Assembly (NCBI GenBank): GCA_963715985.1
Contig: CAVQSP010000017.1
Location: forward strand, 160,001 to 224,000
From: an uncultured Thermoleophilia bacterium
GTDB taxonomy: Bacteria > Actinomycetota > Thermoleophilia > UBA2241
Direction of reading: 5' to 3'
Length of the DNA stretch: 64,000 nt
Below are positions 59,853-64,000 of this stretch, in pieces. A program made the translations under genes and the position numbers. How positions within the stretch are numbered: the first letter of the stretch is position 1; each line of letters starts with the position of its first letter. The notes beneath the pieces were generated by a model that worked only from the letters and a program-made list of their open reading frames with translations, was not told the DNA's origin and did no database searches.

Positions 59853-62800
59853 GTGGCACACCCCACGCGCACTCCCAAGAGCGAGCAGTACACGAACGCC
59901 GCGCGCCCCGGCGCCGGGTGCGAGGGCGCCGCCGTGCCGGCGGCGGGCCGGCTCTTCGTCGGCGTGGACCTGGGCAAGGTCACGACCGCCGTCGCGGTCG
60001 GCGAGGTCGCGCCGGACGGCGAGCTGCGCATCCTCACCACGCAGGCGGAGCGGCATCTGGGAGATCCGCTGGCGCCGTTTCTGCGCCTGTACCGGGAGCT
60101 CGACCACGGACGGCTGGCCGGCCTCGCGGCGACCGGCGTGTACGGCGACAGGCTCGGCGAGCCCGCCGCCGGCGGTCTGCCCGAGGAGATCGCCCAGGAG
60201 GCCGCCGCGGCATGGCTCTACCCGGACGGACCGCTCAACGTCGTCCGCGTGGGTGGCGGCGGGTACTCCGTGCTCACGCGCGACGCGCGCGGCCGCGTGG
60301 CGTTCGAAGCCAACGAGCGCTGCTCGGCGGGGACCGGCGAGACGGTGGAAGGGCTGTGTACGCGGCTCGGACGCACGCTGGACGAGGCGATGGCGGCGGC
60401 GGAGGCGAGCCCGGACGGCGTCACCGTCACCAGCCGCTGCGCCGTGTTCGCCAAGAGCGAGCTCACCCACTTCGCCAACCAGGGCGAGCCGCACGGGCGC
60501 ATCTTCAAGGGGCTCTTCGCGGGCGTGGCCCGCAACGTGCACAGCCTGTACGACAAGAGCAAAGTCGACGGCCCCGTGCTGCTCATCGGGCACGGGGCCC
60601 TCATCGGCCCGGTGGCGGACGGCATCGCCGCGCTCAGCTCGGCACCGGTGGAAGTGGCCGCGGAGGCCGGCGTGTTCGAGGCGTTGGGGGCGCTCGCCCA
60701 CGCGGCGCGGGCCCGCGGCGAAGCGGGCACGGGCGTGGCGTTCCCGGCCGACCCGGCCGAGCTCGTGCGGCCGGCGCGATCGCGCATCGCGCGCCTGCCG
60801 CGTGCCGCCGACGGCCCCGGCGCCGTCGTCCGGCTGGAGGAGCCGGTGGCCGGCGCGGTCGCGCAGGAGGCGCCGGTCGTCCTCGGGCTGGACCTCGGCT
60901 CGACCGGCTCCAAGGCGGCCCTCGTCGACCTCGCCGGCGGCGCCGTGCGCGCCAGTGTGTACCGCCGCACGGAGGGCAACCCCGTCGAAGCCGCCCAGGC
61001 CCTGGTCGCCGAGATCACCGAGCGGCTGCCGGCCCCGGTGGTGGCCGTGGGGCTCACCGGCTCAGGCCGCGACGCCGCGGCGGCCGTCTTCCGTGCCGCC
61101 CTTCCCGAGCTCGGCGTCCGCCTCACCGTGGAGAACGAGATCGTCGCCCACGCCGTGGCCGCCGCCCGCCTGGACCCCGACGGCGGCCGCAGCCTCTCCA
61201 TCATCGAGATCGGTGGGCAGGACGCCAAGTTCATCAACGTCGAGGGCGGGCGCGTCGTGGACGCCGACATGAACCGCGTGTGCAGCGCCGGCACCGGGTC
61301 GTTCCTCGAAGAGCAGGCACAGGCGCACGGCGTGGACGACATCGCGGAGTTCGGGCGCCTCGCGGCGCTCAGCGAGGGCCCGCCGGACCTCGGCCAGACC
61401 TGCACCGTGTTCGTGGCCGACGTGGCCGCCGAGGCGCTCAACGACGGGTACACGCGCGAGGATATCTTCGCCGGCTTGCAGCACTCAGTGGTACGCAACT
61501 ACCGCAGCCGCGTGATGGGGCAGCGTCGCCTGCTGGAGCGCGTCTTCTTTCAGGGCAAGCCGGCCACCGACCCGGCGCTGGCGCGCACGGTGGCGGCGGT
61601 GCTCGAGCGTGACGTGTATGTGCCGGCCGACCCCGGCGCGATGGGCGCAGTGGGCATCGCCATGCTGGCCGCGGCGGCCGTGCCGGCCGGCGCAGACACC
61701 CCCGCCGTCGACCTGGCGCGCCTGCTCGATGCCGCGGTCGCCGGGCGCCGCGAGTTCCAGTGCCACGACCGGGACTGCAGCAATGCCTGCCGCCTCGAGC
61801 TCGCCGAGATCGACGTGCACGGGGAGCGCCGCAAGGTGGTCAGCGGCGGGCAGTGCCCCAAGTACGACGACATCTCGTCGGCGGGGGAGAAGCTCCCGCG
61901 CGAGGCTCCCAACCCGTACCGCGAGCGCGACGAGCTGCTGCGCGGACTCCTGGACGAGGCGCCGCAGGGACCCGGGGCGGCCGCCCTCACCGTGGGCCTG
62001 CCCTACGCCCACTATCTCATCGACACGATGCCCTTCTTCCACGCCTTGCTGAGCGGGCTGGGTCACAGCGTCGAGGTGCTTCGCCCCGGGCCCGACACGC
62101 TCGCCGAGGGCGACCGGCGCTGCGCCGCCCCCGGCGCCTGCGCGCCGGTCAAGCTCCTGCACGGCCTGGCCGGGGCGGACGTCGACGTACTGGTCGCCCC
62201 GTTGTTCGTGCACCTGCCTGCGCCCAATGCCGGGGACGTGACCTACACGTGCCCCATGGCGCAGGGCGCGCCGGACATGGTGGCGCGCGCCCTGGCCGCG
62301 GAGGGCTCGCGCGTGCGCGTGCTGCGCCCGGTGCTCTTCGAGAAGGAGGGTGACGGGTTCGACGCTCAGCGCACCCGGACGGCGTTGCGGCGCGCTGCGG
62401 AGGCGCTGGCTGAGGCGGCGGCTGCGCACGGTGACGCCCCGGCCGCAGGAGAAGTTCACGCCGGCAACGGCCACTCCGGCAACGGCACAGGCGCGAGCCT
62501 CTCTCCTCAGCGGTTCGCCGAGGCCTACGCCGTGGCCCTGGACGCCCAGCGCCGCTTCGAGGAGGGCTTGCGTGCCATCGGCAGGCGGGCTCTGGACTGG
62601 GCGCGCGCACACGGGTATCCGGTGGTGCTCATCGCCGGCGAGACGCACGTGATCCACGACGACGTGCTGGACGCCGGCATCCACGAGCTCGCGGCCGCCA
62701 ACGGTGCGCTCGCCCTGCCGGTGGACTGCTACCCGGTGCCGGACGACGTGCCGGGCCTCAAGCGCGTGCACTGGGCGAGCGCCGGGCAGACGCTGCGGGC

Positions 62801-64000
62801 CACGGCGGCCGGGGCGATGACCGGCGAGGTGTTCCCGCTCCTGCTCGGCGCCTACGGCTGCGGGCCCAACTCGATGATCGAGCACCTCTTCGCCGACCTC
62901 GTGGACGACTGGCCGCACGCCGTGCTGGAGAGCGACGGCCACGGCGGCAAGGCCGGCTACGTTACGCGCGTGCAGGCCTTTCTCCACAGCGTGCGCGCGT
63001 GGCGCACGGCGCACGGCGCGGCCGCGGAAGGCGTCGCCTCGGCGGCCGCGGACGGCGGCGCCTCGCCGGCCGCCGCGCTCCCCGCCTCGCGGCTGGCCCG
63101 CTTCGACCGCCCCTTGCCGCACAGCCTGGACGCCGGCTACGACCGCTTCTTCTTCGGCCACGTGGGCGGCGGCCTCGGCGCCCACCTGGCCGCGGCCATG
63201 CGCGGCGCCGGCTTCGACGCTACCTTCGTCGGCGAGCCTGACGCAGCGGCGCTGCGCGCCGCCGGCGCCGCCTGCTCGGGCAAGGAGTGCCTGCCCTACC
63301 AGCTCATCTGGGGCAGCTTCGCCCGCTTCCTGGAGCGGGAGGCGCGGGACCTGGACGGCCGCCGCGCCCTGTTCCTCAGCGCCGGCAACGGCTTCCAGGC
63401 CTGCCGCGCCAACCTCTTCCCCTACACGGAGCAGATGTCGCTGGAGAGGCTGGGTCTGGGTGACCGCGTCGAGGTCGCCGACTTCAGTCTCGTCACCTCC
63501 AACGTGCGCATGATGCCGGTGGTGTGGATCGCCCTCGTCGCCGTGGACCTCCTCAACATGCTGCGCTTCTACCACCTTGCCACGGAGAGGGTTCGCGGCG
63601 ACGCGGACGCGCTGTTCGACGAGTACTCGGCGCGGCTGGAGCGGATGCTCGAGCAGCCGCGCCCGGACGCCGGACTGGCCGGCAACGTCACCGGCGCCCT
63701 CCGCTTCTGCGACGAGGTCGAGGCGCTGCTCACCGAGGCTGCGCGCCGGTATGCGGCCGAGCCGCGCGCCGCGGTCGCCGACCTGCGCGACGTGTACCTC
63801 TGCGGCGACCTGTACCTGCGCGTGGACGAATGGGGCAACGACGACCTGCAGCGCAAGCTGTCGGACCACGGGCTGCGGCCGATCTTCGAGCCGTACGGCG
63901 CCTTCTTCGAGCTGCTGCAGCTGCGCCAGATCCAGGACGGCGTGCGTCTGCGCAAGGTGCCCGAGAAGCAGGCGACCCTGCTCACGATGCGCTACGTGGT
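59853..64000 (+). CDS. multidomain acyl-CoA dehydratase activase-related protein (2x BadF/BadG/BcrA/BcrD ATPase + DUF2229-like + dehydratase-like); runs off the window end
   Basis: frame appears open from GTG 59853 to the window end (absent from the ORF track); NERCSAGTG, RCAVFAKSE, GLDLGSTGSK, EIGGQDAK, MNRVCSAGTGSFLEEQA, CAPVKLLHG, YGCGPNS, ESDGH, GKECLP. Confidence 0.88.
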   Translation, partial: MAHPTRTPKSEQYTNAARPGAGCEGAAVPAAGRLFVGVDLGKVTTAVAVGEVAPDGELRILTTQAERHLGDPLAPFLRLYRELDHGRLAGLAATGVYGDRLGEPAAGGLPEEIAQEAAAAWLYPDGPLNVVRVGGGGYSVLTRDARGRVAFEANERCSAGTGETVEGLCTRLGRTLDEAMAAAEASPDGVTVTSRCAVFAKSELTHFANQGEPHGRIFKGLFAGVARNVHSLYDKSKVDGPVLLIGHGALIGPVADGIAALSSAPVEVAAEAGVFEALGALAHAARARGEAGTGVAFPADPAELVRPARSRIARLPRAADGPGAVVRLEEPVAGAVAQEAPVVLGLDLGSTGSKAALVDLAGGAVRASVYRRTEGNPVEAAQALVAEITERLPAPVVAVGLTGSGRDAAAAVFRAALPELGVRLTVENEIVAHAVAAARLDPDGGRSLSIIEIGGQDAKFINVEGGRVVDADMNRVCSAGTGSFLEEQAQAHGVDDIAEFGRLAALSEGPPDLGQTCTVFVADVAAEALNDGYTREDIFAGLQHSVVRNYRSRVMGQRRLLERVFFQGKPATDPALARTVAAVLERDVYVPADPGAMGAVGIAMLAAAAVPAGADTPAVDLARLLDAAVAGRREFQCHDRDCSNACRLELAEIDVHGERRKVVSGGQCPKYDDISSAGEKLPREAPNPYRERDELLRGLLDEAPQGPGAAALTVGLPYAHYLIDTMPFFHALLSGLGHSVEVLRPGPDTLAEGDRRCAAPGACAPVKLLHGLAGADVDVLVAPLFVHLPAPNAGDVTYTCPMAQGAPDMVARALAAEGSRVRVLRPVLFEKEGDGFDAQRTRTALRRAAEALAEAAAAHGDAPAAGEVHAGNGHSGNGTGASLSPQRFAEAYAVALDAQRRFEEGLRAIGRRALDWARAHGYPVVLIAGETHVIHDDVLDAGIHELAAANGALALPVDCYPVPDDVPGLKRVHWASAGQTLRATAAGAMTGEVFPLLLGAYGCGPNSMIEHLFADLVDDWPHAVLESDGHGGKAGYVTRVQAFLHSVRAWRTAHGAAAEGVASAAADGGASPAAALPASRLARFDRPLPHSLDAGYDRFFFGHVGGGLGAHLAAAMRGAGFDATFVGEPDAAALRAAGAACSGKECLPYQLIWGSFARFLEREARDLDGRRALFLSAGNGFQACRANLFPYTEQMSLERLGLGDRVEVADFSLVTSNVRMMPVVWIALVAVDLLNMLRFYHLATERVRGDADALFDEYSARLERMLEQPRPDAGLAGNVTGALRFCDEVEALLTEAARRYAAEPRAAVADLRDVYLCGDLYLRVDEWGNDDLQRKLSDHGLRPIFEPYGAFFELLQLRQIQDGVRLRKVPEKQATLLTMRYV

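Overview
High-GC bacterial chromosomal segment. The gene content (NfnAB, hemerythrin, acyl-CoA dehydratase activase, actinobacterial-type DUF genes) suggests an anaerobic or facultative actinobacterium, possibly Thermoleophilia-like; this is inference. Housekeeping and metabolic genes lie at both ends: nfnAB, glpK, USP and a QueG-like gene on the left; thrC, PadR, PHP-GT4, ACT, HAD-PurM-like, C1A protease and a CoA-activase on the right. Between them is a ~37 kb cluster (about 11.0-47.8 kb) made mostly of ion channels and transporters (2 SulP, 2 TVGYG K+ channels, TMEM175, CPA1, ClC-like, 2 aquaporins, AI-2E, an atypical P-type ATPase). It also holds cardiolipin synthase, Ppx/CYTH enzymes, two Cys-type sulfatases, a DszB-like desulfinase cassette, DUF2252 and four DUF1269/DUF6325-type paralogs. 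Six intergenic copies of a 16-bp palindrome, GTNACC-N4-GGTNA(C/T), lie about 63-84 nt upstream of the first genes of this cluster's transcription units. This suggests an undescribed co-regulated ion/pH-homeostasis and organosulfur regulon. About 15 genes between 6.7 and 47.2 kb carry frameshifts, most likely long-read consensus errors. No rRNA, tRNA, CRISPR, integrase or transposase was seen. Family and DUF names are from motif recognition, not database searches.
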